This document shows, piece after piece, positions 37,267-48,095 of a stretch of 64,000 nt of DNA. A program made the position numbers and the translations under genes. The notes under the pieces were generated by a model. That model was not told the origin of the DNA. It worked only from the letters and a program-made list of their open reading frames with translations, and searched no databases. The first letter of the stretch is position 1; each line of letters begins with the position of its first letter. Origin of the DNA: Pseudolabrys sp. (GTDB taxonomy: Bacteria > Pseudomonadota > Alphaproteobacteria > Rhizobiales > Xanthobacteraceae); contig DASSRJ010000170.1 of assembly GCA_035701845.1 (NCBI GenBank), positions 9,175 to 73,174 of the forward strand. Reading direction: 5' to 3'.

Positions 37267-39746
37267 TGGCGGGGCTTTTTAGCGCTCGTCCATCAGGGCC
37301 GCGGCTGTATTGCCGTGGCCTGACAATGCTTGCAGCCGTCCTCGGCCTGTTGGCCTTCGACGGACTGGTTGCGTCTGCGCCTGCGCAGGAGCTGCAATTT
37401 CCGCAGCGGCCGCCCCCGCCCAAAAAATCCAAGATTGCGCTGGAGCGGGAAAAATCCGGGCAAAAGCAGATGCTCGTCCAGGCCAGCGAGGTCGACTACG
37501 ACTACACGAACAACCGCGTTGCTGCCGTTGGCAACGTGCAGATCTATTATGGCGGATCAACTCTCGAAGCGAACCGCGTCGTCTATGATCAGAAGACCAA
37601 ACGGCTTCATGCGGAGGGCAACGTCAGGCTCACGGAGGAGGACGGCAAGGTCACCTATGGCGAGATCATGGATCTGTCCGACGACTACCGGGACGGATTT
37701 GTTGATTCGCTCCGCCTGGACGCTCCCGATCAGACACGCATGGCCGCCGCGCGCGCCGAACGTTCGAGCGGCAATTTCACCGTGTTTCATAACGGCGTCT
37801 ATACGGCCTGCGCGCCGTGCAAGGACGATCCGAAGAAGCCGCCTCTGTGGCAGGTAAAGGCCGCCCGTATCATTCACGATCAGACCGAAAAAATGATCTA
37901 TTTCGAGGACGCGCGGCTCGAGTTTTTCGGTCGGCCCCTTGCGTGGCTGCCTTACTTCTCGGCACCGGATCCGACCGTCAAGCGCAAGACCGGATTTCTC
38001 ATGCCGTCGTTCGGATCGAGCTCTGTTTACGGCGGAGCGATCGAGGTCCCCTACTATTGGGCGTTGGCACCGGACTACGATGCGACATTCGCGCCAATGA
38101 TCACGACGAAACAGGGACCGTTGCTGCAAGGCGAATTTCGCCAACGTCTGATCAACGGCGCTTACTCAATTCGTGCCGCAGGAATTTACCAGCTCGACAA
38201 GGACTATTTTATTCGTAGCGATGGCAGCACGACGCCCGGCTATCGCGATTTTCGCGGAAGCCTGGAAAGCTCGGGCTTGTTCGCGCTCAACAATAAATGG
38301 GTGTGGGGCTGGGACGGGGTGCTGTTGTCCGACAAAACGTTTTTTCAGGATTACAACCCGCGCCTGTCGAGATACCGGACGACTGATCCATTCCAGAATC
38401 CCTATAGCGAGGCGATTTCACAGGCCTTTCTCACCGGCAAGGGTAACCGCAGCTATTTTGAAGCGCGATCCATTTATTACTTCGGCTTCTCCGAGGCCGA
38501 CGTGCAAAGCCAGATCCCCATCATTCACCCGGTGATCGACTATAATTATACGTTTGATCGTCCGATCCTTGGCGGCGAGCTTGGCTACCGGTTAAACTTC
38601 ACCAGTCTCACGCGCCAGGATGCCAACTTCGATGCGATAACCCAGAGCGCTCTCAACAACGGGACCTGCACACAGACTGCGGACCCCGCGATAAAAACAT
38701 CGACGAGCTGCCTGCTGCGCGGCGTTCCCGGCACCTACACCCGCTTCTCGGCAGAGACACAATGGCGACGGAGGATTACCGACCAGTTTGGTCAGGTGTT
38801 CACGCCATTTGCGTCGGTAAGGGTCGATGCAGGATCGATGCAAATCAAGGACCAGCCCGGTGTTGCCAACTACATTCAGACCGGCGATGACAATCTCGTG
38901 CGCGCGATGCCGACCGTCGGAGTCGAGTACCGGTATCCGTTCATCAATATTCAGTCATGGGGTACGCAAACGATCGAACCGATCGCGCAGGTGATCGTTC
39001 GCCCGAACGAGCAGCAGATTGGCCGATGGCCGACCGAAGATGCGCAAAGCCTGGTGTTCGACGACAGCAACCTGTTCCGCGTCGACAAGTTTTCCGGCTG
39101 GGATCGCGTCGAAGGCGGCAGCCGCGCAAACTACGGCATGCAGTACACCGCCCAGATCAATCAAGGTGGATTTGTCAACGTGCTCTTCGGCCAGTCGTAC
39201 AATCTGTTCGGGCAAAATTCGTTTGCGCTCGGCGGCACGACCAACACGGGCCTCGACAGCGGTCTTGATACAACGAAATCCGACTATGTGGCGCGGATGT
39301 CCTATCAGCCGAACAGCACTTACATGTTCACCTCGCGGTTCCGCTTCAACAACGATACTTTCGAGGTCCAGCGAACCGAACTCGAGGGCCGCGTCAATTT
39401 CGATCGATGGTCAGGAGCTTTGCTTTACGGCAATTACGCCGCCCAACCAGCGCTTGGATTTCTCGATCGTCGACAGGGCATCCTGGGAACAGGCCAGGTC
39501 AAGCTTGATGCCAACTGGATCTTGCTGGGATCGGCGCGCTACGACATTAATGCAGGGAAATTCGATCAAACGCGCGTTGGGGTCGGCTATGTTGACGATT
39601 GTCTGATCCTGGGTCTGAACTACATTACCAACTACACCTATAGCGGAAACGTGCAGGCCAATCATACGGTCATGCTGCAACTCAGTCTGCGCACGCTCGG
39701 TGGCACGTCGGTTGGCCAGCCGGTTGGTCGGCCGGCCTCAAATTAG
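37266..39746 (+). CDS. lptD: LPS-assembly protein LptD
   Basis: OstA-like N-domain, YTACAPC, PPLWQVKA, DRVEGGSR, YVDDC and a beta-barrel C-terminus. Confidence 0.95.
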   Translation: MAGLFSARPSGPRLYCRGLTMLAAVLGLLAFDGLVASAPAQELQFPQRPPPPKKSKIALEREKSGQKQMLVQASEVDYDYTNNRVAAVGNVQIYYGGSTLEANRVVYDQKTKRLHAEGNVRLTEEDGKVTYGEIMDLSDDYRDGFVDSLRLDAPDQTRMAAARAERSSGNFTVFHNGVYTACAPCKDDPKKPPLWQVKAARIIHDQTEKMIYFEDARLEFFGRPLAWLPYFSAPDPTVKRKTGFLMPSFGSSSVYGGAIEVPYYWALAPDYDATFAPMITTKQGPLLQGEFRQRLINGAYSIRAAGIYQLDKDYFIRSDGSTTPGYRDFRGSLESSGLFALNNKWVWGWDGVLLSDKTFFQDYNPRLSRYRTTDPFQNPYSEAISQAFLTGKGNRSYFEARSIYYFGFSEADVQSQIPIIHPVIDYNYTFDRPILGGELGYRLNFTSLTRQDANFDAITQSALNNGTCTQTADPAIKTSTSCLLRGVPGTYTRFSAETQWRRRITDQFGQVFTPFASVRVDAGSMQIKDQPGVANYIQTGDDNLVRAMPTVGVEYRYPFINIQSWGTQTIEPIAQVIVRPNEQQIGRWPTEDAQSLVFDDSNLFRVDKFSGWDRVEGGSRANYGMQYTAQINQGGFVNVLFGQSYNLFGQNSFALGGTTNTGLDSGLDTTKSDYVARMSYQPNSTYMFTSRFRFNNDTFEVQRTELEGRVNFDRWSGALLYGNYAAQPALGFLDRRQGILGTGQVKLDANWILLGSARYDINAGKFDQTRVGVGYVDDCLILGLNYITNYTYSGNVQANHTVMLQLSLRTLGGTSVGQPVGRPASN

Positions 39747-39781
39747 ATACCCGCGCCAGGGCTCGGAGCCGGTACATCTCG

Positions 39782-40711
39782 ATGCTGAAGGTGTCGATGA
39801 AGCGATATCAGTGGTTTCTCGGCGCGATGATCGCCATTGCCCTTGCTTGCCCTGCCGCCGCGCAGGTCGTCGTCATAGCCAATGGCTCCCCCATAACCGA
39901 GTATGACATTCAACAACGCATGAAGCTCGATGCGAGCGCCACGCACAAAACTGCGACCCGTCAACAGATTATCGACGATCTGATTGACGACCGTCTCAAG
40001 ATTTCAAAGGCGAAGGTTTACGGCCTCGAAGTTGACGACTATGAAGTGAGCCGTGCGTTCGAAGGCATGGCGACCAGACAGCACATCACTGTTCAACAAT
40101 TCTCTCAGGTCCTTGAACGCGCCGGTATTTCCCCGAATACAGTCAAGGCGCGGATCCGCGCCGAATTGACCTGGCAGCAACTGATCCGCGGTAAGTTCGG
40201 CTCGTCATTGCAGGTCGGCGACAGCGATGTCGCCAATGCTCTGAAGAGCCGCAACGAAAGCGAGGCGCCGGCTGTCGGCTACATCTACACGCTTTATCCG
40301 GTGACCATTGTGGTTCCGCGAGGCTCAAATGAAGCTACGATAGCGGCCAAGCGCAGCATTGCGGACAATCTGCGGTCCCGATTCGTGTCCTGCAACGAAG
40401 GCCTCGCTACGGCCCGCGCCTTGCGGGATGTAGCCGTTCGGGAGCCGATTACGCGCAGCTCGGCGGACCTGAGCGCCCAGCTGCGTGAAATTCTGGGAAA
40501 CATCGAGGTAGGACACCTGACCGCTCCGGAAGTGACCCCACAGGGGCTGCAGATGTTCGCTGTCTGCAACAAGAAGGAAACGACAGCTGAATCTCCGCTC
40601 CGGCGCGAGGTGCGGGAGCAGCTTTACACCAAGCGCTTCGAAGCCGAGTCGAAAAGATTTCTCGATGAAATTCGCAAGTCGGCGATGATCGAATACAAGA
40701 ACAAGAAATGA
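39782..40711 (+). CDS. surA: SurA-like periplasmic chaperone
   Basis: Signal peptide and NGSPITEYDI SurA N-domain; lptD-surA-pdxA-rsmA synteny. Confidence 0.8.
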   Translation: MLKVSMKRYQWFLGAMIAIALACPAAAQVVVIANGSPITEYDIQQRMKLDASATHKTATRQQIIDDLIDDRLKISKAKVYGLEVDDYEVSRAFEGMATRQHITVQQFSQVLERAGISPNTVKARIRAELTWQQLIRGKFGSSLQVGDSDVANALKSRNESEAPAVGYIYTLYPVTIVVPRGSNEATIAAKRSIADNLRSRFVSCNEGLATARALRDVAVREPITRSSADLSAQLREILGNIEVGHLTAPEVTPQGLQMFAVCNKKETTAESPLRREVREQLYTKRFEAESKRFLDEIRKSAMIEYKNKK

Positions 40712-41742
40712 GCGGACCGGGCGGTCTTCCACTGGTGCTGACGCTGGGCGAGCCCGCAGGCATCGGCCCTGACCTGACAATCGGGATTTGGCGACGCCGC
40801 GAGAAGTTCCGGCTGCCGCCCTTCTATCTTGTCGGGGATCCGGACTTTGTCCGTCATCGCGCGCGCCAGCTCGGATCCGAGATCGCGTTGAGCGTCGGAA
40901 CTCCCGCACAGGCGGCGGAAGTCTTTTCCCGTGCTTTGCCAATCGTACCGCTTGAAATGTCTGTGACGGCCGCGCCAGGAAAGCCGGACGAATCCAGCGC
41001 GCCCGCCGCCATTGCCTCGATCCGGCACGCTGTCTCCGACGTCCTTGCGGGTCATGCCGCGGGGATCGTGACCAATCCGGTCGCAAAGAACGTGCTTTAT
41101 CGATCAGGTTTCGCCGAGCCGGGGCATACGGAATTTCTTGCCAAACTTGCGCAGGAAGCGACCGGGAAAAGCGGCCGCCCGGTGATGATGCTTTGGTCGC
41201 CCGAGCTTGCCGTCGTGCCGGTAACGATCCATTTGCCGCTCAAGGACGTTGTTTCAAAACTAACCTGCGAATTGGTGGTCGAGACTGGGCGCATCGTCGC
41301 ACACGATCTTACCAGGCGTTTCGGCATCCTGCGTCCGCGTCTCGCCGTCGCCGGACTCAACCCGCATGCCGGCGAAGATGGTGCACTTGGCGAGGAAGAT
41401 GCCGCAATCGTCGCGCCGGCCGTCGAACGGCTGCGCGATGAAGGGATCGATGCCATCGGTCCTCTTCCCGCCGACACGCTGTTTCACGAGCAGGCACGCG
41501 CGACTTACGACGTTGCTTTGTGCATGTATCACGATCAGGCGTTGATCCCCATCAAGACCCTCGCGTTCGATCATGCCGTCAACGTCACGCTTGGCCTGCC
41601 GTTCGTGCGCACGTCGCCTGACCACGGCACCGCCTTCGATATTGCGGGCAAAGGCACCGCAGACCCTTCCAGCCTGGTCGCTGCGATCTCGCTTGCCGCA
41701 CGTCTCTCGGCAACCGCACCGGCTTTGGTTCCGGCAAAATAA
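40708..41742 (+). CDS. pdxA: 4-hydroxythreonine-4-phosphate dehydrogenase
   Basis: [23 protein letters not shown] and RTSPDHGTA. Confidence 0.97.
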   Translation: MSGPGGLPLVLTLGEPAGIGPDLTIGIWRRREKFRLPPFYLVGDPDFVRHRARQLGSEIALSVGTPAQAAEVFSRALPIVPLEMSVTAAPGKPDESSAPAAIASIRHAVSDVLAGHAAGIVTNPVAKNVLYRSGFAEPGHTEFLAKLAQEATGKSGRPVMMLWSPELAVVPVTIHLPLKDVVSKLTCELVVETGRIVAHDLTRRFGILRPRLAVAGLNPHAGEDGALGEEDAAIVAPAVERLRDEGIDAIGPLPADTLFHEQARATYDVALCMYHDQALIPIKTLAFDHAVNVTLGLPFVRTSPDHGTAFDIAGKGTADPSSLVAAISLAARLSATAPALVPAK

Positions 41743-42602
41743 TGACACAACTCGACGACCTGCCGCCGCTGCGGGAGGTCATCCGCAGGCATCGCCTGAC
41801 TCCCAAAAAGTCTCTTGGCCAGAATTTCCTGTTCGATCTCAACCTGACCGCCCGTATCGCCCGCGCAGCCGAACCGCTCGAAAACATCACCATAGTCGAG
41901 GTTGGTCCCGGGCCGGGCGGCCTCACGCGCGCGCTTCTGGCGCTTGGAGCCCGGCGTGTTATTGCGATCGAACGCGACCCGCGCGCAATCGATGCGCTCG
42001 CCGAGATCAGCGCGCGGTATCCCGGACGCCTCGACATCGTTGCGGGTGATGCACTCGAGATCGACCCGCGCGACCAGCTTGGTCCCGAACGAGCCCGCGT
42101 CGTTGCAAACCTTCCCTACAATGTTGCTACACCTCTTCTTGTCGGCTGGCTTACTGCAGAACCGTGGCCGCCGTGGTATGATTCCCTTGTCCTGATGTTC
42201 CAACGGGAAGTCGCGGAGCGCATCGTCGCTGCGCCCGGCGGCAAATCCTATGGCCGCCTTTCAGTGCTTGCAGGATGGCGCACCGAGGCGAAGATCCTTT
42301 TTGACGTGGCGCGCTCGGCTTTCGTGCCCCCGCCGAAGGTCACTTCGTCGGTGGTACGGCTGACCCCGAAGCAAGTGCCGGCGCAATGCAGTGCAGTAGC
42401 GCTGCAACGGGTAACCGAGGCGGCCTTCGGCCAGCGGCGGAAGATGCTGCGACAAAGCCTGAAGACTTTGGGTATCGATGCGAACGCTCTGCTGGAGCTG
42501 GCGGGAATTGATCCGACCGCACGGGCCGAAGAGATTCCGGTCGACGGCTTCGTCGCTATGGCCAATATTTTTGCCGGGCACGCCCATGCCGTGTCGTCCT
42601 GA
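41742..42602 (+). CDS. rsmA: 16S rRNA m6,2A1518/1519 dimethyltransferase
   Basis: [21 protein letters not shown] and FGQRRKML. Confidence 0.97.
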   Translation: MTQLDDLPPLREVIRRHRLTPKKSLGQNFLFDLNLTARIARAAEPLENITIVEVGPGPGGLTRALLALGARRVIAIERDPRAIDALAEISARYPGRLDIVAGDALEIDPRDQLGPERARVVANLPYNVATPLLVGWLTAEPWPPWYDSLVLMFQREVAERIVAAPGGKSYGRLSVLAGWRTEAKILFDVARSAFVPPPKVTSSVVRLTPKQVPAQCSAVALQRVTEAAFGQRRKMLRQSLKTLGIDANALLELAGIDPTARAEEIPVDGFVAMANIFAGHAHAVSS

Positions 42603-42606
42603 CGAT

Positions 42607-43257
42607 TTAGAGCTTTGCCTGCAGGCCACGGACGAAGTCTGACAGCCCCGGTTGACGTTCGCGCTTGAGCCGCTCCGCCGCCAGGATCGCCGTCACATCG
42701 GCAAAAGCAAGCTCCAGATCTCGATTGACAACGACGTAATCGTACTCAGCCCAATGGCTCATTTCATCGGCGGCCTTGGCCATCCGGCGATGGATCGTTT
42801 CATAGTCGTCCTGCGCGCGCGCGTGCAGGCGGCGCTCCAGTTCGGGAATCGAAGGTGGCAGCACAAAGACGCTGACCAGATCCATTCGCGCCTTTTCGCG
42901 CAGCTGTTGCGTGCCCTGCCAATCGATGTCGAACAACACGTCGCGTCCGCCGACCAATGCATCCATGACCGGCTTCGTCGGTGTGCCGTAATAGTTGTCA
43001 AAGACTTCGGCCCACTCGAGCAGCTCATTTTTGTCTACAAGCGCATCAAATTGCCGCCGATCGATAAAGTGATAGTCCCGTCCGTCTTTTTCACCAGGAC
43101 GCTTCTTTCGTGTCGTCACCGATACGGACAACATGACGTTCTTGTCCCGATCGAGCAGCTTGCGCGACAACGTGGTCTTGCCTGCTCCCGAAGGAGAAGA
43201 GAGAACAAGCATCAGGCCGCGCCGGGCAACCTTCTCTCCCTTTTCCCGGCCTGCCAT
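42607..43257 (-). CDS. gmk: Guanylate kinase
   Basis: SPSGAGKTT, YYGT and DIDWQG. Confidence 0.97.
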   Translation of the reverse strand: MAGREKGEKVARRGLMLVLSSPSGAGKTTLSRKLLDRDKNVMLSVSVTTRKKRPGEKDGRDYHFIDRRQFDALVDKNELLEWAEVFDNYYGTPTKPVMDALVGGRDVLFDIDWQGTQQLREKARMDLVSVFVLPPSIPELERRLHARAQDDYETIHRRMAKAADEMSHWAEYDYVVVNRDLELAFADVTAILAAERLKRERQPGLSDFVRGLQAKL

Positions 43258-43264
43258 CGCGTGG

Positions 43265-44152
43265 TTACTCCAGGTTCTGCACCTGCTCGCGGAATTGCTC
43301 GACGACGCCCTTGAGTTCAAGGCCGATATTCGTGAGTTCGAGATCATTGGCCTTGGCGGTCAGCGTATTCGATTCGCGATGCAATTCCTGCGCCAGAAAG
43401 TCGAGCTTGCGTCCGATCGCACCGCCGTTCGCCAGCAGCTTCTTCGCCTGCGCGATATGCGAGACAAGACGATCGAGCTCCTCGCGGATATCGGATTTGG
43501 CGGCAAGCAGGACGGCCTCCTGGTAGAGCCGATCCGAATCAAAACGCTCGGAGGCCTGGAGCAACGTCGATACTTGTTCGGCAAGGCGCGCCTTGATCGC
43601 TTCCGGCTTGCGCCCCGGGGCGTTCTCCGCTTGTGCGGAGAGCGACGCAATTTCATCAAGCCGCTTCGATAACAGTCCTCCCAGTGTCTTGCCTTCCGCC
43701 CGCCGCATGTTGAGCAAAGCCGTCAATGCCTCTTCAAAGCCGGAGACAATCGCCGCCTCGGCGGCACGATGCTCCTCCTCGCTCTCATCATCTTCCGCGA
43801 CCTCGATGACACCCTTGAGCGACAAGATGCCGTCGAGAGTCGGCGGTGCTGCCTGGACCTGCTCCGAAAGGCCCTTGAGCGCCGAAAGGACCGCACCGAG
43901 GACAGGCTCATTCACCTTCACGGTCGGTTGTGTGCCTTTGCGTTCAACGGTGAGGTTGGCGTAGACGGTGCCCCGCGAGAGCTTTTCGGCGCCGCGGGTG
44001 CGCGACGGCAATTCCACCGCGTCCCACCCCGCCGGAAGGCGAAAACGCAGGTCGAGACCTTTGGCGTTTACAGATTTGATCTCCCACGCCCACGCGTAAG
44101 CGCCGGCTACGCCATGACTTCGAGCGAAACCGGTCATGCTCGACAAAGCCAT
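43265..44152 (-). CDS. yicC: YicC/YloC family endoribonuclease
   Basis: SMTGFAR, DIREELDRL, GRKLDFLAQE and EQFREQVQNLE. Confidence 0.93.
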   Translation of the reverse strand: MALSSMTGFARSHGVAGAYAWAWEIKSVNAKGLDLRFRLPAGWDAVELPSRTRGAEKLSRGTVYANLTVERKGTQPTVKVNEPVLGAVLSALKGLSEQVQAAPPTLDGILSLKGVIEVAEDDESEEEHRAAEAAIVSGFEEALTALLNMRRAEGKTLGGLLSKRLDEIASLSAQAENAPGRKPEAIKARLAEQVSTLLQASERFDSDRLYQEAVLLAAKSDIREELDRLVSHIAQAKKLLANGGAIGRKLDFLAQELHRESNTLTAKANDLELTNIGLELKGVVEQFREQVQNLE

Positions 44153-44233
44153 GGCTCAGGGTCTCGCGTTGATACTTTCTCGAAGGTGTGGCGACCTTAG
44201 CCGCGGCAACCACGCGTCACAAGGGCGAGCAGA

Positions 44234-45394
44234 TCACTGCCTGCCGCTCTGGTTGCCGTTTGCATGCTCTATGCCCCGCAACCGCGCAACGTTCTTCTGG
44301 TGTTCGGCATAATTGTCCGAGAACAAGTGGCCGCCGCTGCCGTCGGCGACGAAATAAATTTCCTTGGTGCGCGCCGGATTTGCCGCAGCTTCCAATGAAG
44401 CCCGTCCTGGATTGGCGATCGGTCCTGGCGGCAGGCCGTCGATGACATAGGTGTTGTAGGGCGTTGGTTGCTCGATTTCGTTCTTCTGAATTGGGCGGCC
44501 GAGCGAGCCCTTTCCGCCCGTCAAACCGTAGATGATCGTCGGGTCCGATTGCAGTCGCATTCTGGCTTTGAGGCGATTCACAAACACCGCGGCCACCCGT
44601 GTTCGCTCGTCAGGTCGCCCGGTTTCCTTTTCCACAATCGATGCAAGCGTTACCAGTTGCTCCGGCGTCTTGACAGGCAGATCCGGCATCCGGTGATCCC
44701 AGACGTCCTGCAGCACACGCCGATGCGCTTGCTGCATACGCTGGATAATCTGCTCGCGCGTCATTCCCCTGGTGAACCGGTACGTTTCCGGCAGCAGAGT
44801 CCCCTCGCGCGGGATCTCTTTGATTTGTCCCGTCAGCGCAGTGTTCTCGAGAAGCCGTGCAACAATTTGCTCCGACGTCAGCCCCTCAGGGACAGTGAAA
44901 GCATGCTGCACCACTTTGCCATCAATGATCGTGTCGACGACGTCGGCGATGCTCGCATGTTTGCTGAACTGATATTCACCGTATTTGAGCTCGCCGCGCG
45001 CCTTGAGGGCGATGACTCCACCCATGAAAATATAGGGTTGGTCGATCACTCCCTCGCGCTGCAGTACGTCGGCAATGTCGCGGATTCCCAGCCCGCGCGG
45101 AATATTGACCACCTTGTCGTCGGCGAGCGGCCCCGCGGCTTCGAAGCGCTGCTTTCCAAAAAACAGCGCGGCACCGACCGCAACCGAAATCACGATCAAA
45201 ACTGTAAAGATTGCATTCCCGACCACGATGACCGGATGCCGGGCACGGCTGGAGCGGCGGCTCGGCATTGGCACACGTTCCGGCTCGAGCGCGGCGCGCG
45301 GGCTACGCGGCACTGCCGGCTTTGCAGCCGACAAGCCATTCCCACTCCCTCCCGGCGGCAAACTGGAATTCACCTCGTCCGCTCCATCAGTCAT
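44234..45394 (-). CDS. mltG: Endolytic transglycosylase MltG
   Basis: Single TM, EGTLLPETY, LASIVEKE, LQSDPT and PGPIANPG. Confidence 0.95.
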   Translation of the reverse strand: MTDGADEVNSSLPPGGSGNGLSAAKPAVPRSPRAALEPERVPMPSRRSSRARHPVIVVGNAIFTVLIVISVAVGAALFFGKQRFEAAGPLADDKVVNIPRGLGIRDIADVLQREGVIDQPYIFMGGVIALKARGELKYGEYQFSKHASIADVVDTIIDGKVVQHAFTVPEGLTSEQIVARLLENTALTGQIKEIPREGTLLPETYRFTRGMTREQIIQRMQQAHRRVLQDVWDHRMPDLPVKTPEQLVTLASIVEKETGRPDERTRVAAVFVNRLKARMRLQSDPTIIYGLTGGKGSLGRPIQKNEIEQPTPYNTYVIDGLPPGPIANPGRASLEAAANPARTKEIYFVADGSGGHLFSDNYAEHQKNVARLRGIEHANGNQSGRQ

Positions 45395-45484
45395 CACCGT
45401 TCTGCCACGCCGACGAAGCACCAACGCATGCCGCACGTTAGAAAAAATTATGGCGAAAGCGGGGGGACCCTGTCGATGCCTTTT

Positions 45485-46750
45485 TTAGTTCGTATACCGG
45501 CGGAAAATCAGGGAGGCATTTGTTCCGCCGAAACCAAACGAATTCGACAGCGCCGTGTCGACCTCCCGCTTGCGCATCTGGTGGGGCACCAAATCGATCG
45601 GGGTATCGACCGAGGGATTGTCGAGATTGATCGTCGGCGGGGCAACCCCATCACGGATCGCGAGGATCGAGAAAATTGCTTCAACCGCACCCGCAGCACC
45701 GAGCAGATGGCCGATACATGATTTGGTCGAAGACATCGACATGCGGCCGGCTGTATTGCCAACCAGTTTTTGCACTGCACCGAGCTCGATTTCGTCGCCC
45801 AGCGGCGTCGAGGTGCCATGGGCATTGATGTAGTCGATGTCGCCCGCGGAGATGCCGGCGCGGCGGATCGCCGCGCCCATGCAGCGCAGCGCGCCATCGC
45901 CGTCCGGGGCCGGCGCCGTGATGTGGTAGGCATCGCCGGACAGCCCATAGCCAATCAGCTCCGCGTAGATCCTGGCACCCCGCGCTTTCGCGTGCTCGAG
46001 CGATTCCAGCACCACAACGCCCGCGCCCTCACCCATCACAAAGCCGTCGCGGTCCTTGTCATAAGGTCGCGACGCGTGCGTCGGGTCATCATTGAAACTG
46101 GTCGAAAGCGCGCGCAAGGCCGAAAACCCGGCAAGCGAGATGCGGTTGACGGGCGATTCTGCGCCGCCCGCCACCATCACCTCGGCGTCGCCAAGCGCAA
46201 TGAGCCTCGCCGCATCGCCGATCGCATGAGCACCCGTTGAGCACGCCGTGACGACCGAATGGTTCGGGCCTTTGAGCCCGAAAGCGATCGATACAAACCC
46301 CGACGCAAGATTGATGATGCGTCCCGGAATAAAGAACGGCGATACCCGCCGCGGGCCACGTTCGTGGAGTGCCACCGCCGTCTCAGCAATTCCCTCGATA
46401 CCGCCGATGCCGGACCCAATCAGCACGCCGGTCGTGGTCTGCTCTTCATAGCTCTTGGGGTGCCATCCTGCATCGTCGAGTGCCTGACGCGCCGCGCACA
46501 TCGCAAAAACGATGAATTCGTCGACCTTGCGCTGCTCCTTCGGCTCCATCCATTGGTCGGGATTGTAGGTCGCGTTGGTTCCGTCACCGCGCGGGATCAC
46601 GCAGGCGATCTTGCAGGCGATATCTGAAACCTCAAAGGTGTCGATCTTCTTCGCGCCGCTCTCACCGTTGAGCAGCCGCATCCAGGTTGCTTCGACGCCG
46701 CAACCCAGCGGGGTAAGCATCCCCATCCCGGTAATGACAACACGCCTCAT
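45485..46750 (-). CDS. fabF: 3-oxoacyl-ACP synthase II
   Basis: TACSTG, NAHGTST, GHLLGAAG and NSFGFGG. Confidence 0.97.
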   Translation of the reverse strand: MRRVVITGMGMLTPLGCGVEATWMRLLNGESGAKKIDTFEVSDIACKIACVIPRGDGTNATYNPDQWMEPKEQRKVDEFIVFAMCAARQALDDAGWHPKSYEEQTTTGVLIGSGIGGIEGIAETAVALHERGPRRVSPFFIPGRIINLASGFVSIAFGLKGPNHSVVTACSTGAHAIGDAARLIALGDAEVMVAGGAESPVNRISLAGFSALRALSTSFNDDPTHASRPYDKDRDGFVMGEGAGVVVLESLEHAKARGARIYAELIGYGLSGDAYHITAPAPDGDGALRCMGAAIRRAGISAGDIDYINAHGTSTPLGDEIELGAVQKLVGNTAGRMSMSSTKSCIGHLLGAAGAVEAIFSILAIRDGVAPPTINLDNPSVDTPIDLVPHQMRKREVDTALSNSFGFGGTNASLIFRRYTN

Positions 46751-46843
46751 GGCCGGCTCCGAGCGCATCTATTGCTGCCGCTGCGCCACGCGCACCCGAA
46801 GCCATTGACGAGCAAAACAATCGAGCAGCTGCCTAGAGCGCGC

Positions 46844-47083
46844 TCAGCTTTTGGCGTTCTTTTCAAGAAATTTAACCGCGTCGCCAACGGTCAGAATGGT
46901 TTCAGCGGCATCGTCGGGGATCTCACAGCCGAATTCTTCTTCGAAGGCCATCACGAGCTCGACCGTGTCGAGGCTGTCGGCGCCAAGATCGTCGATAAAG
47001 CTGGCTTGATCGTTCACCTTGTCGGGTTCTACGCCCAGGTGCTCCACGACGATCTTTTTCACCCGCTCGCCAATGTCACTCAT
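46844..47083 (-). CDS. acpP: Acyl carrier protein
   Basis: [12 protein letters not shown] phosphopantetheine site. Confidence 0.98.
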   Translation of the reverse strand: MSDIGERVKKIVVEHLGVEPDKVNDQASFIDDLGADSLDTVELVMAFEEEFGCEIPDDAAETILTVGDAVKFLEKNAKS

Positions 47084-47354
47084 CGTTCCAACCTCGTGCG
47101 TTATGAATTGGGTTGCGAGTCAAGCTCAGTTCGCAACCATCGCGATACGGCCTCGTCGTGGTTGACGGTGATGAGACGATCCCCAATTGCGGAACATTAC
47201 TCCGCACTTAGCCGCCCCAGCCGGGCCGAAAGTCGGTTACCATACTTCAAATCCATTGACTAGCGCGTGCCGGACGAGCGAGCAACCCCCGAAAACCGCG
47301 CATATCCACCGCGGCCAGTTTGAAGATCGTTCCCCGGATTTTTAGGACCGCGCG

Positions 47355-48095
47355 CTATATCATCGCCATCCCGCCATTGACATGGATGGTTTGCCCGTTG
47401 ACGTAGGCCGCCTCAGTCGAGGCAAGAAAGACTGCAGCCGCGGCCACATCATCCGGGGTGCCGAGTTTGGCGGCGGGAATGCGGGCAAGGATTGTCTCGC
47501 GTTGCTTCTCATTGAGCTTATCTGTCATGGCCGACCCGATGAGGCCGGGCGCTATGCAGTTGGCCGTGATGTTTCGCTTGGCATACTCGGCTGCAATCGA
47601 CTTGATCATTCCGACCATGCCGGCTTTGGAAGCGGTGTAGTTGCCCTGCCCCGGATTGCCGGTAAAGCCGACCACTGAAGAGATACCGATCACGCGGCCC
47701 CAGCGTCGACGCATCATGCGTGACACCGCGGCGCGGGCCAGCCGGAACGTCGCGGTAAGATTGACGGCAATCACCTTGTCCCAATCTTCGTCGCGCAGCT
47801 GGACAAAAAGGTTGTCGCGATTGACGCCTGCATTCGCAACCAAAATATCGAGCTTTCCCATTTTATCTTCAGCGCTCGGCACCAGCGCCTCAACGGCCTC
47901 CTTGTCCGCAAGATCGCAAGGAAGGACAAACACGCGATTGCCGAGCGCACCTGCCAGACCTTCAAGCGCTTCCTTTCGCGTTCCGGAAACTGCCACGATC
48001 GCGCCCTGGGCATGGAGAGCGCGCGCGATCGCGCCGCCAATCGCCCCGCTGGCCCCGGTCACCAGCGCAGTCTTGCCGTTCAAATCGAACATCAT
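47355..48095 (-). CDS. fabG: 3-oxoacyl-ACP reductase
   Basis: TGASGAIG, GNPGQGNYTASKAG; in the fab operon. Confidence 0.95.
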   Translation of the reverse strand: MMFDLNGKTALVTGASGAIGGAIARALHAQGAIVAVSGTRKEALEGLAGALGNRVFVLPCDLADKEAVEALVPSAEDKMGKLDILVANAGVNRDNLFVQLRDEDWDKVIAVNLTATFRLARAAVSRMMRRRWGRVIGISSVVGFTGNPGQGNYTASKAGMVGMIKSIAAEYAKRNITANCIAPGLIGSAMTDKLNEKQRETILARIPAAKLGTPDDVAAAAVFLASTEAAYVNGQTIHVNGGMAMI

